Below, piece by piece: positions 19,575 through 29,475 of a stretch of DNA of 64,000 bases. The stretch is from positions 1 to 64,000 of the forward strand of contig OZ223511.1 in NCBI GenBank assembly GCA_965140785.1, read 5' to 3'. The DNA is from an uncultured Ruficoccus sp. (GTDB taxonomy: Bacteria > Verrucomicrobiota > Verrucomicrobiia > Opitutales > Cerasicoccaceae). Each line of letters starts with the position of its first letter. Within the stretch, counting starts at the first letter, position 1. Both the position numbers and the translations under genes were made by a program. Below the pieces are notes generated by a model. The model was not told the origin of the DNA. It did not search any database and worked only from the letters and a program-made list of their open reading frames with translations.

Positions 19575-20582
19575 CTATTCATCCTGCGCCTGCGGGACGA
19601 AGGGAAGAGCGAGCACGTCCTCGACGCTGACTGTTCCGGGCTTGAGCGCGCCCAGTTGTTCGAGGGTGGTGATTTCCTGCCCGATGCGTTCCGGGCTGAT
19701 CGTGCCATAATCTTCGCCTTGGCCCGAGTCGCCCCGTGCCAGGTGATGTTCGCGGATCATGTCACGGGAGTAGGCGAGGAAAGCATCGCTGACGCCGTCG
19801 GTGCGCATCTGTTTGATCAACGCGTTGCCGGGGGCGGGATCGCCCTCCAGGTAGTCGCGCCAGCCTTTTACGTAGGCGCGCAGAAAGGCGCGGGCGGTTT
19901 CGGGCTGCTGTTCAAGGAATTGCCTATTGGCGAATAGGGTGGCGTAAGCATGCCAACCCCCCTCGGCCAAGGGCAACAGCTTTACCTTCGCGCCCGCCTT
20001 TTCCATGTAGAAGGGCTCGGCGATGTAAAAGCCGGACTGGATGAAGGCCGGGTCGTTGACGAAGAGGCCGATCCCGAAATTCTGTGCCATGACCTGAAAG
20101 TCGATGCCGTAGCGCTGCTTGAGGAAGGGAATCCAGAGCGCCTCGGGACGGGCCATGATGGTCTGCCCGTCGAGGCCGGGGAAGTCGTCGATCGGGTTGT
20201 CCGCGTGCAGGATGAGGGCGGTAGGAATCTCGTGAAAGACACTGGCGATGTTGGTCACGGGAATGCCCCGGGCGGCGGCCCGGATGACTTGCGTGCTCGA
20301 GGTTTGGCCGATCTGCGCGTCGGCGGCCGCCACGGTCTCCAGCACGAGTACGTTGGCCCCGCCGGGGCGCAGGGTGACGTCCAGCCCCTCTTCGGCGAAG
20401 TATCCCTTGGCCAGGGCCTGGAAAAGTCCGCCGTGCTCCGGGTCGGGCACCCAGTCCAGTTGCACGGTCAGGGGTCGCAGGCTGCTTTCCGGTTCGGCGC
20501 TGGAGGAGGCGGCGGGCTTCCCGCACCCCGCCAGCGACAGAAGCAGAATAATGGCTCCAAAAAGTTGAAACGTTCTCTTCAT
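19575..20582 (-). CDS. ABC transporter substrate-binding lipoprotein, NMT1/THI5-like
   Basis: LAGC lipobox; LDWVPDPEHGG, KGYFAEEGLDV..PGG. Confidence 0.85.
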   Translation of the reverse strand: MKRTFQLFGAIILLLSLAGCGKPAASSSAEPESSLRPLTVQLDWVPDPEHGGLFQALAKGYFAEEGLDVTLRPGGANVLVLETVAAADAQIGQTSSTQVIRAAARGIPVTNIASVFHEIPTALILHADNPIDDFPGLDGQTIMARPEALWIPFLKQRYGIDFQVMAQNFGIGLFVNDPAFIQSGFYIAEPFYMEKAGAKVKLLPLAEGGWHAYATLFANRQFLEQQPETARAFLRAYVKGWRDYLEGDPAPGNALIKQMRTDGVSDAFLAYSRDMIREHHLARGDSGQGEDYGTISPERIGQEITTLEQLGALKPGTVSVEDVLALPFVPQAQDE

Positions 20583-20641
20583 TAGCTTAGGTTTGGCTCC
20601 TGTGTTATTTAACCACCCCGCCGTGAGGTCGATTTATAAGC

Positions 20642-21943
20642 GTGAACGCCAGGGCTGATACCTTACCCTACCCCAGGGATGATTTTGCGGTTTGGCAAGA
20701 ACGTTGGTCAAGCAGTCCGCATTTGGTGAGCGACGAATTAATCCGTCGCCTGTCGATGCTGCCCGCTCCCGTCAAACGGGCGGTTTTCGCCTACCTGCCC
20801 GGCGAGAAGGATTTGCGCGAGCAGGTGGAGCTCATTGACGATGCGGACGCGTTGCCGGGGATTCCTTTTGTCGTCAAGGACCTCTTCGATATGGCCGGGC
20901 TGCCGACTCGGGCGGGTTCCACCTTCCTCGATGAGGTTCGCAACGAAGCGGAGGAGCCTTCCAAACTCGTCGAGTCCCTGCAGAGCAACGGCATGGTCTT
21001 TACTGGAAAAACCCAGCTCAACGAATTTGCCTTCGGGCTGACCGGCGAGAATCCCCACAGCGGCGATTGCCCGCACCCGACGGTGCCGGACGCCCTGACC
21101 GGCGGCTCCAGCAGCGGGTCGGCCTGGGCGGTCGCCTCCGGGCTGGTGCCCTTTGCCATCGGCACCGACACGGCGGGCTCGATCCGGGTGCCGGCGGCGT
21201 TCTGCGGCCTCTACGGGCTGCGCCTGGTGCCCAATGCCTGGTCCCGGGTCGGCTGCTTCCCACTCGCGCCAAGTTTTGACGCTGTGGGCTGGTTTACCGC
21301 GAATGCCGACGATATGCGCCGGGCCACCCTCGTCCTGCTCCCCGAGACAAAGGAGGAGTTGGGGCGCGGCCTCTATCTGGACGGCTCCATCGCCGATCTG
21401 GACCCGGCCCTGACCGAAGCTTCCGAGCGGCTGGCCCATTATCTGGAGCTGGAGCGCGACCCCGAGGCCGAGCGGATGGTGGCGGAAGTGCTCCGTGGCT
21501 GTGAGACGGCGTTTGAAGTCCTGCGCAACCGGGAAGTCTACGAGGTCCACGCGGCCTGGCTCGACCTGATGAAAGACCGATACAGCCCGCAGGTGTGGGA
21601 GCGGATCAACCGGGGTCGATACCGGGACGACGAGGCCGTCCGCCTGGCCTGGGAAAAGCGCGAGCAGGCGCGGCAAATGCACCAGAGCATATTCGAGCAG
21701 TACGATTTTCTGGTGCTTCCGGTGACGCCGGTGCCGACGCCGACCCTCAGCCAATGCACAGACGATCTGCGCCGCCAGTTGCTGGCCCTGAACATTCCCG
21801 CGAGCTTCTGCGGGCAGCCAGTGTTGACCGTGCCTTTACCGCTGGCGGATGGGCGCAGTGGCGGGCTTCAGTTTATTTTCAATGACGTGCGGCGCATCCC
21901 TGTGGCACCCCTGCTCGACGCGCTGGCGGCGTACCGGCGCTAG
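20642..21943 (+). CDS. Amidase signature family protein
   Basis: VKDLFD, GGSSSGSA and IGTDTAGSIRVPA (Ser-cisSer-Lys triad motifs). Confidence 0.9.
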   Translation: MNARADTLPYPRDDFAVWQERWSSSPHLVSDELIRRLSMLPAPVKRAVFAYLPGEKDLREQVELIDDADALPGIPFVVKDLFDMAGLPTRAGSTFLDEVRNEAEEPSKLVESLQSNGMVFTGKTQLNEFAFGLTGENPHSGDCPHPTVPDALTGGSSSGSAWAVASGLVPFAIGTDTAGSIRVPAAFCGLYGLRLVPNAWSRVGCFPLAPSFDAVGWFTANADDMRRATLVLLPETKEELGRGLYLDGSIADLDPALTEASERLAHYLELERDPEAERMVAEVLRGCETAFEVLRNREVYEVHAAWLDLMKDRYSPQVWERINRGRYRDDEAVRLAWEKREQARQMHQSIFEQYDFLVLPVTPVPTPTLSQCTDDLRRQLLALNIPASFCGQPVLTVPLPLADGRSGGLQFIFNDVRRIPVAPLLDALAAYRR

Positions 21944-21945
21944 GC

Positions 21946-22152
21946 CTAGTGTCGCGAGTGGTAAGTTTTCGGCATAATTGGGTGGTCCAGTTTTGATGCT
22001 TTGGTTCTGCGATTGGCGAGAGCAGCGATAAGCTCCCTCGCCAATCGCACTTCCGATGCTGTAAGCATCGGAAGTGCAGGCTATGCCTGCCGCGGGCGCG
22101 GGCTGCGTAAGCCCGCAATCAATAGGCCGCGAACTTCAAACTCGCAACCTAG
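21946..22152. mobile_element. MITE-like non-coding element bounded by CTAG, with imperfect terminal inverted repeats and four internal hairpins
   Basis: Left end CTAGTGTCGCGAGTGGTAAGTT versus reverse complement of right end CTAGGTTGCGAGTTTGAAGTT; perfect 13-bp and 14-bp stems at 22008-22049 and 22047-22077. Confidence 0.55.
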
Positions 22153-22182
22153 GCTGTGTACGCAAATCTACGAGCATACTGC

Positions 22183-23013
22183 CTACACCTTTTCCTGCTT
22201 CAAAATCTCGTCGAGTGCGAGCCAGGCATCGAGCGGGAGGGCTTCGGGGCGCAGGGTGGGGGGCGTGCCCGCCTCTTCGAGGGCGTCGAGCCAGCGGGCG
22301 AGGGCAGGGGATTTCTCCTGGCGGGCGAGCGAGCCGATCTGCTTACGCCGCTGGGTGAAAAACTTGCGCATCAGAGCGCGGGTCTGGTCGGCGAAGCGGT
22401 GGGGCTGCTCGCGGCGTTCCAGATGCAGCAGAAACGAGTCGATGTCCGGGGCCGGGTAAAAGCAACTGCGGGCCACGGCGTGACCGGGGCGCCGGCGGTA
22501 GGCGGCAGCGAGGAAGAGGCTGACCGCGCCGATGCTCTTGCTGCCGGGCTCGGCGGTGAAGCGCTCGGCGGCTTCGCGCTGGAGCATCAGGACCATGCGG
22601 GCGGGCAGGGGGCCGGCGAGGATTTTCTCCATCCAGGGGGTGGAGATGGCGTAGGGCAGGTTGGCCACGATCTTGAAGGACTCGTCCCCGGCGAAGTCCC
22701 CCCGGGGCTTGTCCATGGCGTCGGCCTCGGCCAGGTGGAAGCGCGGTTCCTCCGCATAGGTCTCGCGCAGGGCGGCGGCGAGACGATGGTCCAGTTCGAC
22801 CGCGTAAACCTCCGCGCCGTATTCCAGGAGCCCCCCGGTCAGGGTGCCCAGGCCGGGCCCGACCTCGATTACCGTATCCCCGGCGGCGACCTCGGCCAGT
22901 TCGAGGGACTTGCGCACGATATTGGGATCGACGAGGAAGTTCTGGCCGAGCTTTTTACTCGGATGCAGCCCGAGGGCGTTCAGCCGCTCGCGGGTCTGGG
23001 AAAGGGTCAACAT
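22183..23013 (-). CDS. rsmA: 16S rRNA adenine dimethyltransferase
   Basis: PSKKLGQNFL, IEVGPGLGTLT, VANLPYAIS, MLQRE, FTQRRK. Confidence 0.95.
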   Translation of the reverse strand: MLTLSQTRERLNALGLHPSKKLGQNFLVDPNIVRKSLELAEVAAGDTVIEVGPGLGTLTGGLLEYGAEVYAVELDHRLAAALRETYAEEPRFHLAEADAMDKPRGDFAGDESFKIVANLPYAISTPWMEKILAGPLPARMVLMLQREAAERFTAEPGSKSIGAVSLFLAAAYRRRPGHAVARSCFYPAPDIDSFLLHLERREQPHRFADQTRALMRKFFTQRRKQIGSLARQEKSPALARWLDALEEAGTPPTLRPEALPLDAWLALDEILKQEKV

Positions 23014-23019
23014 GGATAA

Positions 23020-23136
23020 GTTTGAGCGTTTGAATGTTTGAGAGTTTGAGGGTTCAACCCTCAACTCTCCGCACCGGTCCCCTGAGGGAGGTTTTTCTAT
23101 CAACTCTCAAACCATTAAACGCTCAAACCCTCAAAC
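23020..23136. repeat. Inverted arrays of 8-bp GTTTGANN / NNTCAAAC units
   Basis: Four units at 23020-23051 and four complementary units (one degenerate) at 23105-23136. Confidence 0.85.
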
Positions 23137-23140
23137 CTAT

Positions 23141-24334
23141 TCAATCCACCGCGTAGATCAGGTAGGCCGTTCCGGGGATGAGGAAGAAGACGACCAGGAT
23201 GTAGCCGAGAGCCCAGAGTTTGTTCGCCGCCGCCTTAATGGCCAGGCGCTCAGCAAAGAAGATCGGGATCTTGCGCAGGAAGGGCACCCCGTAGATCAGG
23301 ATCACCCCGAAAACGTTGAACAGGAAGTGCACGAAGGCGATTTCCATGGCCGAGACCGCGTGGTCACCGCTGACGGCGGTCGCGGCCAGCAGCGCCGTCA
23401 CCGTGGTGCCGATATTGGCCCCGAGGGTAAAGGGATAGACCTGCCTTAGGTTGATTACGCCCGTACCTACCAGCGGGACGGCCAGGCTCGTGGTGGTGGA
23501 AGAGGACTGCACCAGCACGGTGACTGCGGTGCCGGAGGCCAGGCCGGCCAGCGGCCCCCGCCCGATGGCGGAGAGGAAGATTTCGCGGGCCTTGCCGATG
23601 AGCAGGCGGCGCAGCAGCTTGCCGATGAAGATGATGGCGACGAAAATCAGCCCGATCCCGGCCAGGATCATCAGCACCGCCCCGAGCTTGTCGGGCATGT
23701 GCGCAAAGATGTCGTCCTTGATGAAGTGGACGACCGGCTTGGTGGCGGATTTGACCGGGTTAAAGCCGATCTCGGCGTTCTCCACCCCGGTGAACAGGTC
23801 CGAGAGGAAGAGGGAGGATTTCTCCAGAAAGCCCGTCATCAGCTCCAGCGGCAGAAAGATGCAGACCGCCAGGATATTAAAAAAGTCGTGGATGGTGGCC
23901 GCCGCGTAGGCGCGCTGGAATTCCTTTTTCGAGCCGATGTGGCCGAAGCTGACCAGGGTGTTGGTCAGGGTCGTGCCGAGGTTGGCACCCATCACCATGG
24001 GGATGGCCGTCACCACCGGCAGCCCCCCGGCCACGAGGCCGACAATGACGGAAGTGACCGTGCTGGAGGACTGGATCAGCGCGGTGGCCAGCAGGCCCAT
24101 CATCACGCCCATGATCGGGTTGTTCGCGAACGCGAAAAGCCGTTCGGCTCCCTCGGCGCCGCCGGAAACCCATTTGAAGCCCGAGCCGATCATGCCGACG
24201 GCGATCAGCAGCAGATAAACCAGGGCAAGGACGCCCAGCCAGTTCAGGACTTTGGACCCGCCCGAGGGTGTGGCGACCTCGGGATGGATGACCTCCATCT
24301 CGGCAGGGTTCGTCTCAGGAGGAGTGGTACTCAT
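23141..24334 (-). CDS. Na+/phosphate cotransporter (NptA/SLC34-like)
   Basis: Duplicated QSSST(V/T)TS and GAN(L/I)GTT motifs; multiple transmembrane helices. Confidence 0.9.
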   Translation of the reverse strand: MSTTPPETNPAEMEVIHPEVATPSGGSKVLNWLGVLALVYLLLIAVGMIGSGFKWVSGGAEGAERLFAFANNPIMGVMMGLLATALIQSSSTVTSVIVGLVAGGLPVVTAIPMVMGANLGTTLTNTLVSFGHIGSKKEFQRAYAAATIHDFFNILAVCIFLPLELMTGFLEKSSLFLSDLFTGVENAEIGFNPVKSATKPVVHFIKDDIFAHMPDKLGAVLMILAGIGLIFVAIIFIGKLLRRLLIGKAREIFLSAIGRGPLAGLASGTAVTVLVQSSSTTTSLAVPLVGTGVINLRQVYPFTLGANIGTTVTALLAATAVSGDHAVSAMEIAFVHFLFNVFGVILIYGVPFLRKIPIFFAERLAIKAAANKLWALGYILVVFFLIPGTAYLIYAVD

Positions 24335-24464
24335 GGGAAAAGACTCGTTTTTAGGGACTCCGCCCCCCGTAGAGCAACCCAACTCTGACGTTTCGAGATC
24401 ATTTCAACATGTTTGTAACAATTGTAACAATTGAGGGCCTGAAAAGGACTGGGCGCGGTGACCA

Positions 24465-25262
24465 TTACTCTAAGCTGTGCAGCTCATCGACCAGCTCACC
24501 GGGCTCTTCCAGCTTCATCAGGGCCTCGCCGATGAGGACGGCCTTGGCCCCGGCCTCCCAGACGCGTAGGCCGTCTTCGATCGTGAAGATGCCGCTCTCG
24601 CTCACCGGCAGGATGTCGTCGGGGATCTGCGGGATGAGTTGCTCGGAAAAACCCAGGTCGGTACGGAAACGGGCCAGATCGCGGTTGTTGACGCCGATCA
24701 TCTCGGGCTCGAAGCGCAGGGCGCGCTCCAGCTCCGGCTCGGTGTGGATCTCGTAAAGGATGTCCAGCCCGGCCAGCCCGGCGGCGTCGCGCAGGCGGGA
24801 GATTTCGTCGTCCTTGAGCGCCCGGACAATGATCAGGATGCAGCGCGCGCCAGCCTCGGCGGCTTCGAGCACCTGGAGCGGGTGGACCATGAAGTCCTTG
24901 CGCAGGCAGGGGGTGGAGCGGCGGTGGTCGCCGATGAAGTCCGTCACCGCCCACAGATCCTGGAGGGAGCCGCCGAAGTACTTCTCGTCAGTCAGGACGG
25001 AGATGGCGTCGGCGTTGGCATTGAGGTACTTGCGGGCTTGCTCCTCGGCTATCGGCAGCTCCGCGATCTGGCCGGCGGAGGGGGAGCGGCGCTTGATCTC
25101 GGCGATCACGCCCAGGCCGGGTGCACTCGCCAGTGCCTCGATGAAGCCCGGCCCGGCGGGCGGGCGGTCGCCGAAGCGGGCCAGCTCGGCCTCACTGACG
25201 GGGCGCAGCCGCGGCGCGATCTCCTCGCGCTTGTACGCCATGATTTCGGTGAGCTTGTCCAT
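24465..25262 (-). CDS. trpC: Indole-3-glycerol phosphate synthase
   Basis: IAEIKRRSPSAG, SVLTDEKYFGG, LRKDF, IGVNNRDL, SESGI, LIGEALM; true start MDKLTEI. Confidence 0.95.
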   Translation of the reverse strand: MDKLTEIMAYKREEIAPRLRPVSEAELARFGDRPPAGPGFIEALASAPGLGVIAEIKRRSPSAGQIAELPIAEEQARKYLNANADAISVLTDEKYFGGSLQDLWAVTDFIGDHRRSTPCLRKDFMVHPLQVLEAAEAGARCILIIVRALKDDEISRLRDAAGLAGLDILYEIHTEPELERALRFEPEMIGVNNRDLARFRTDLGFSEQLIPQIPDDILPVSESGIFTIEDGLRVWEAGAKAVLIGEALMKLEEPGELVDELHSLE

Positions 25263-25428
25263 CGTTGGGAGAAATGTGTCAGGCAGGTAGCAGGGGCGGA
25301 GGGGGGGAGCCTTCTGGGTTGCGCCGCCTTTTTCAATGTCTAAATACTGGGGTGAGATCACGCATTTTCGGGGGGAAAACCGCCCCCGGATTTGCCTTTG
25401 CACGGTTAACGGACAGTTTGAGCATATC

Positions 25429-26136
25429 ATGAGCGATTTGACGGCTTCTTCCTCCCCCTCGAATGCCACCGGCGAGAGCGCGCTTTTCGCGCTGCGCGAG
25501 ACGGTCGCCCGCCTGCGGGCCCCCGGCGGCTGCCCCTGGGACCGCGAGCAGACGCACCAGTCCATCTGCGACTGCCTGGTCGAGGAAGTGGCCGAGCTGT
25601 TGGAGACGATCGACCGTCTCGACATGCCCCATATGCGGGAGGAACTGGGCGACCTGCTCCTGCACGTGGTTATGCACGCGCAAATGGCCGAGGAGGCCGG
25701 ACACTTCGACCTGGAGGCGGTTGCCGCCGAGGTGAACGAAAAGCTCATCCGCCGCCATCCGCATGTTTTCGGCGACCTGGACCTGAAAGACTCCGAGGCC
25801 GTCCTGCACACCTGGGACCAGATCAAGGCCCAGGAGAAAAAGAACGGCATCCAGAGCGAGGGCCTTTTCAAGCACCTGCCGCCGCAGTTGAGCGCCCTGC
25901 TGACCGCCCGCGACGTCTTCAAGCAGATCGTCAAAAAGCAGTTGCCCGCCCCTCCCAGCGTGAATAAAACGGGGATTGAAAACCTCTCACGTGAACTGAC
26001 CGAATCCGAAGCGGGCAAGCGGCTCTTCGAACTGGCTGCGGCCTGCCGCCTGGCGGGGATCGACCCGGAATCCGCGCTCAGGCGTTTCACCCAAACCGTC
26101 CAGGACGAGACAGAAAACCGTGCCGTCAAAAGCTGA
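25429..26136 (+). CDS. mazG: MazG family nucleoside triphosphate pyrophosphohydrolase (second domain degenerate)
   Basis: LRAPGGCPWDREQTH, EELGDLL, KLIRRHPHVF. Confidence 0.88.
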   Translation: MSDLTASSSPSNATGESALFALRETVARLRAPGGCPWDREQTHQSICDCLVEEVAELLETIDRLDMPHMREELGDLLLHVVMHAQMAEEAGHFDLEAVAAEVNEKLIRRHPHVFGDLDLKDSEAVLHTWDQIKAQEKKNGIQSEGLFKHLPPQLSALLTARDVFKQIVKKQLPAPPSVNKTGIENLSRELTESEAGKRLFELAAACRLAGIDPESALRRFTQTVQDETENRAVKS

Positions 26137-26866
26137 CAACCTCAAGCTGACCGAAGTCGAGACCCCGCAGGGACGCGTGCTCGTCCCCTACGAGGTGCGC
26201 CGTCGCAAGGGTTCTCGCCATATCAAGCTTTCCATCGGCCCGCACAACCACGCCGTGCTTTCTGTCCCCTGGCGCTGCCCCATGGTGGACGCGATGGACT
26301 TCCTGCGCTCGCAGGGCTCCTGGCTGGAGGAAAACCTTAAGCAGAACCCCAGCCGTTGCTCCCTCGTGCGCTACCTGGAGGCCAACCCGCGGCTGTACGG
26401 GCTCGGCCATGTCTTCCGGCTCAACCTGAAGCTGACCCGCGCCCGGCCTTTCTATATCTATGACACGCGCGCGGGAGAAATAGACCTGCGCCTGCGTGCG
26501 GACGATGATCAGGAGGCAGGGGTGGTCTCGCTCATCCGGCTCTTTGCCGCCGAGGTGATCGAGACGCGCACCCGCGAGTTTGCCGGGCAGCACGGTCTGA
26601 AAATCGGGCGGGTCAGCGTGCGAGACCAGTCCAGCCGCTGGGGCTCGTGCTCAAGCAGCGGCACGATCTCCCTGAACTGGCGGCTCGTGTTGCTGCGGCC
26701 CAACCTCCAGGACCACGTCATCCTGCACGAGCTGGCCCACGTGACTGAGATGAACCACAGTTCGCGCTTCTGGGACCTCCTGCGCAGCTACGACCCGCGC
26801 ACCGACCAGCACAACTCCCAGCTCAACCCCACCGCCGCCCGGCTCATGCCGCTCGGGCGCATGTAG
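26120..26866 (+). CDS. YgjP/DUF45-type (M48-like) metal-dependent hydrolase
   Basis: SRWGSCS, ISLNWRL, VILHELAH, MNHS.RFW. Confidence 0.88.
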   Translation: MPSKADNLKLTEVETPQGRVLVPYEVRRRKGSRHIKLSIGPHNHAVLSVPWRCPMVDAMDFLRSQGSWLEENLKQNPSRCSLVRYLEANPRLYGLGHVFRLNLKLTRARPFYIYDTRAGEIDLRLRADDDQEAGVVSLIRLFAAEVIETRTREFAGQHGLKIGRVSVRDQSSRWGSCSSSGTISLNWRLVLLRPNLQDHVILHELAHVTEMNHSSRFWDLLRSYDPRTDQHNSQLNPTAARLMPLGRM

Positions 26867-26960
26867 GGAGCACAGCGCCGCCCCGGCCGGCCTGCACCTT
26901 TTCCTGAGCACGGCTTTTTTTGGCGGGTACACGTTTCGGGACAACGATGATCCCGCCCGT

Positions 26961-27032
26961 TGTCATCCTGAGCAAGCACCGCGCGTCGAAGGATCTCCCG
27001 GTTGTAATCTGCTGACTTCGTTCAGAAGGCCA
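26961..27032. repeat. Degenerate REP-like palindromic element
   Basis: TGTCATCCTGAGC..GAAGGATCT followed by a decayed complementary arm CTTCGTTCAGAAGGCCA. Confidence 0.4.
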
Positions 27033-27295
27033 CGGCAGGAGCGGGTTTTCGTGCCTTTGACATCCTTAGGCCCTGTGATCCAACTGCCGCTTAAAATCCG
27101 TATTATCTCTTGTAGAAGATAAATGAATTCTCCGCGTCCATTTTGAGGCGGGGCTTGAAGTTTTCCCCGAAGTGGTGCATGCAGGAGGGACTCTCTCATC
27201 GCAGCCCTTGGCTGGCAGGCCGCTTGTTTGCCTAAGCTTAAGGCCGCTTGCTTTTTCCAAAAAAATCCGCCTGAAATCTGACTCAACTCGCCGTT

Positions 27296-29350
27296 TTGCC
27301 TGCTTCCGCCCAGTTTGCCTCTCCGACCGGTGCGACCGCCTCCTGCTGCTGTCATGAGGACGAGGCCCCCGGCTTGGGCGTGGGCGAGGACCGCTGGAGC
27401 AAGACCTGGCTAAAAGTCGCCATCGCGCTCGTCATCGCGGGGCAGGGGATGATTTTCGGGCTCGGTTATAATACCGCCGATCCGCGACCGAGCTTCGGCA
27501 GCCCCGTGTACTGGCTGCTCAACGGCGGGCTGTTGCTCTCGGCGCTGATTGTGATGGCCCTGCTGGGGCCGCCGTTGTTTGCCGAGACCTGGCGGACACT
27601 GCGGCGGGGTAAGCTGACCGTGGAATCGCTTTTCACCCTGACCATGCTCGGGGCCTTTGGCGGCTCGCTCCTGTCCTCCCTGACCGGGACCGGGAGCCTT
27701 TATTATGAAGTCGTGGCCATCGTGCTGGCAATCTATACCATCGGCAAAACCCTTGGGGCGCGTTCGCGGCAGCGGGCCCTGGAGGCGGCGGAGCGGCTGC
27801 GGACGGACTTTGACCATGCCTGGATCGCTGCCTGCGGGCCAGAAGGCCGCCGGCGGGTGGTGCTGGCCCAGCTTCAGCCCGGTCAGCGCGTGCTGGTCGC
27901 TCCCGGCGAGCCGGTCACGGTGGACGGCGTCATCGTCAACGGCGAAGGCTATGTGGCCGAGACCGCCATTAACGGCGAGACCGAGCCGGTCCGGCGCGGA
28001 GTGGGAGAGAGCGTCTTTGCCGGGAGTTACGCCGTCGATGCCGCGCTTGAGATCGAGGCCCGCGCCCTGGCCGGAGAGCGCAAGCTCGACGCCATTCTCG
28101 CCACTATCGAAGCGGCCCGTCTCAAGCCCTCCCGCCTGCAGGCCCAGGCCGACCGGCTGACGCGCTTTTTCGTCCCCTTCGTGCTGACCGTGGCGGTGGC
28201 GACCTTTTTCGGCTGGTTGCCCTTCGCCCCGTGGCAGCAGGCGCTCTTCGACGCCATGGCGGTGCTGCTGGTGGCCTGCCCCTGTGCCCTCGGCTTGGCC
28301 ACCCCCATCGCGGTCTGGAGCGGCCTGATGAACCTCTCCCGCCTCGGGCTGGTCTGCGGCTCGGGCGACTTCCTCGACGCGCTGGCCGGGGCGCGGCACC
28401 TGGTCTTTGACAAGACCGGCACCCTCTCCGGCGAACGTCTCTCACTGGCCGACTTCCGGGCGCTGGCGGGGTTTGAGGGAGCGCACTTGCGCGCCCTGAT
28501 CGAGGCGGCGGAGCGGCCTATCCGCCACCCGGTAGCCGAGCCGCTCAAGGCACTTGGAGCCGATCCCGACCAGGTCGTCGCCTGCCGGGTGAGCGCTTCT
28601 CAACTGGTCCCGGGGCGGGGACTGAAGGCCACCGTCCTCGATCCCGACGGGCGGGAGCATGCTTTATTAATCGGTGCGCGGGAGCTGATGCCGCCGGAGG
28701 CGCAGCCGGTCTTTATAAAGGAGGCCGAAGCGGGCACCGCGAAGCGCCAGGTCTTCGTCTGCTGCGACGGGCAACCGGCTGCGGTCATCCTGCTGGAGGA
28801 GAAGCTCCGGGCCGATGCTGCGGCCATGATGGGCGAGTTGCGCGAGCTTGGCACCGAGCTGGCCATCGTCAGCGGTGACCCCCAGCCGCGCTGGAAAGAC
28901 CTGGCCGGCGTCACCGTCACCGGGGGTATGCTGCCCGAGGCCAAGGTGCGCTTCGTGGAGGAGCGCGAATCTCGCCATGAGCCGGTTATTTTTATCGGAG
29001 ACGGGGTCAATGACGCCGCTGCCATGGCCGTCAGCTCGGGCGGAATCGCCATGGGCGCGGGCGCGGATTTGACCAAGGCTGCCGCTTCGGCGGTGCTGGC
29101 GGGCGAGAACCTACGGGCGCTGCCGGATGCCATTCGCGTGTGCCGCCGCATCCAGAACGCCGTCCGGGGGAACCTCGTTTTCGCACTCGCCTACAACGTG
29201 CTGGGCATGGGCCTGGCCGCAGCGGGTATTCTGCATCCAGTTGCTGCGGCATTACTTATGCTCGGGTCGAGTCTCTTCGTATCGTGGCGGGCGGCCCGTT
29301 CGGCCCGTGTGGAGGAGCCGGACGGACTCGTAGAAATGGACGATGAATAG
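27296..29350 (+). CDS. P1B-type copper-translocating ATPase, CcoI/FixI-like
   Basis: ACPCALGLATP, DKTGT, HP, GDGVND, YN and MxxSS Cu(I) motifs; N-terminal CCCH; start uncertain. Confidence 0.88.
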   Translation: MPASAQFASPTGATASCCCHEDEAPGLGVGEDRWSKTWLKVAIALVIAGQGMIFGLGYNTADPRPSFGSPVYWLLNGGLLLSALIVMALLGPPLFAETWRTLRRGKLTVESLFTLTMLGAFGGSLLSSLTGTGSLYYEVVAIVLAIYTIGKTLGARSRQRALEAAERLRTDFDHAWIAACGPEGRRRVVLAQLQPGQRVLVAPGEPVTVDGVIVNGEGYVAETAINGETEPVRRGVGESVFAGSYAVDAALEIEARALAGERKLDAILATIEAARLKPSRLQAQADRLTRFFVPFVLTVAVATFFGWLPFAPWQQALFDAMAVLLVACPCALGLATPIAVWSGLMNLSRLGLVCGSGDFLDALAGARHLVFDKTGTLSGERLSLADFRALAGFEGAHLRALIEAAERPIRHPVAEPLKALGADPDQVVACRVSASQLVPGRGLKATVLDPDGREHALLIGARELMPPEAQPVFIKEAEAGTAKRQVFVCCDGQPAAVILLEEKLRADAAAMMGELRELGTELAIVSGDPQPRWKDLAGVTVTGGMLPEAKVRFVEERESRHEPVIFIGDGVNDAAAMAVSSGGIAMGAGADLTKAAASAVLAGENLRALPDAIRVCRRIQNAVRGNLVFALAYNVLGMGLAAAGILHPVAAALLMLGSSLFVSWRAARSARVEEPDGLVEMDDE

Positions 29351-29475
29351 CATTCAGTTTTCTAATAAACGGCAAAACAAATACTTATGAAACGACTCGA
29401 AAATAAGTTTTCTAAATTTGTTCCATTTTTTTCTTTGCTAAAGCAGGGCTTTCACCTTTCATAAGCTGCGTTGAA

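Noticed and set aside
25263..26129. Long N-terminal extension of trpC in the ORF track
   Set aside because: It overlaps mazG on the opposite strand; TrpC similarity begins at MDKLTEI (25262).
29351..29475. FNR box upstream of the ACIII/cbb3 operon
   Set aside because: No TTGAT-N4-ATCAA match found.
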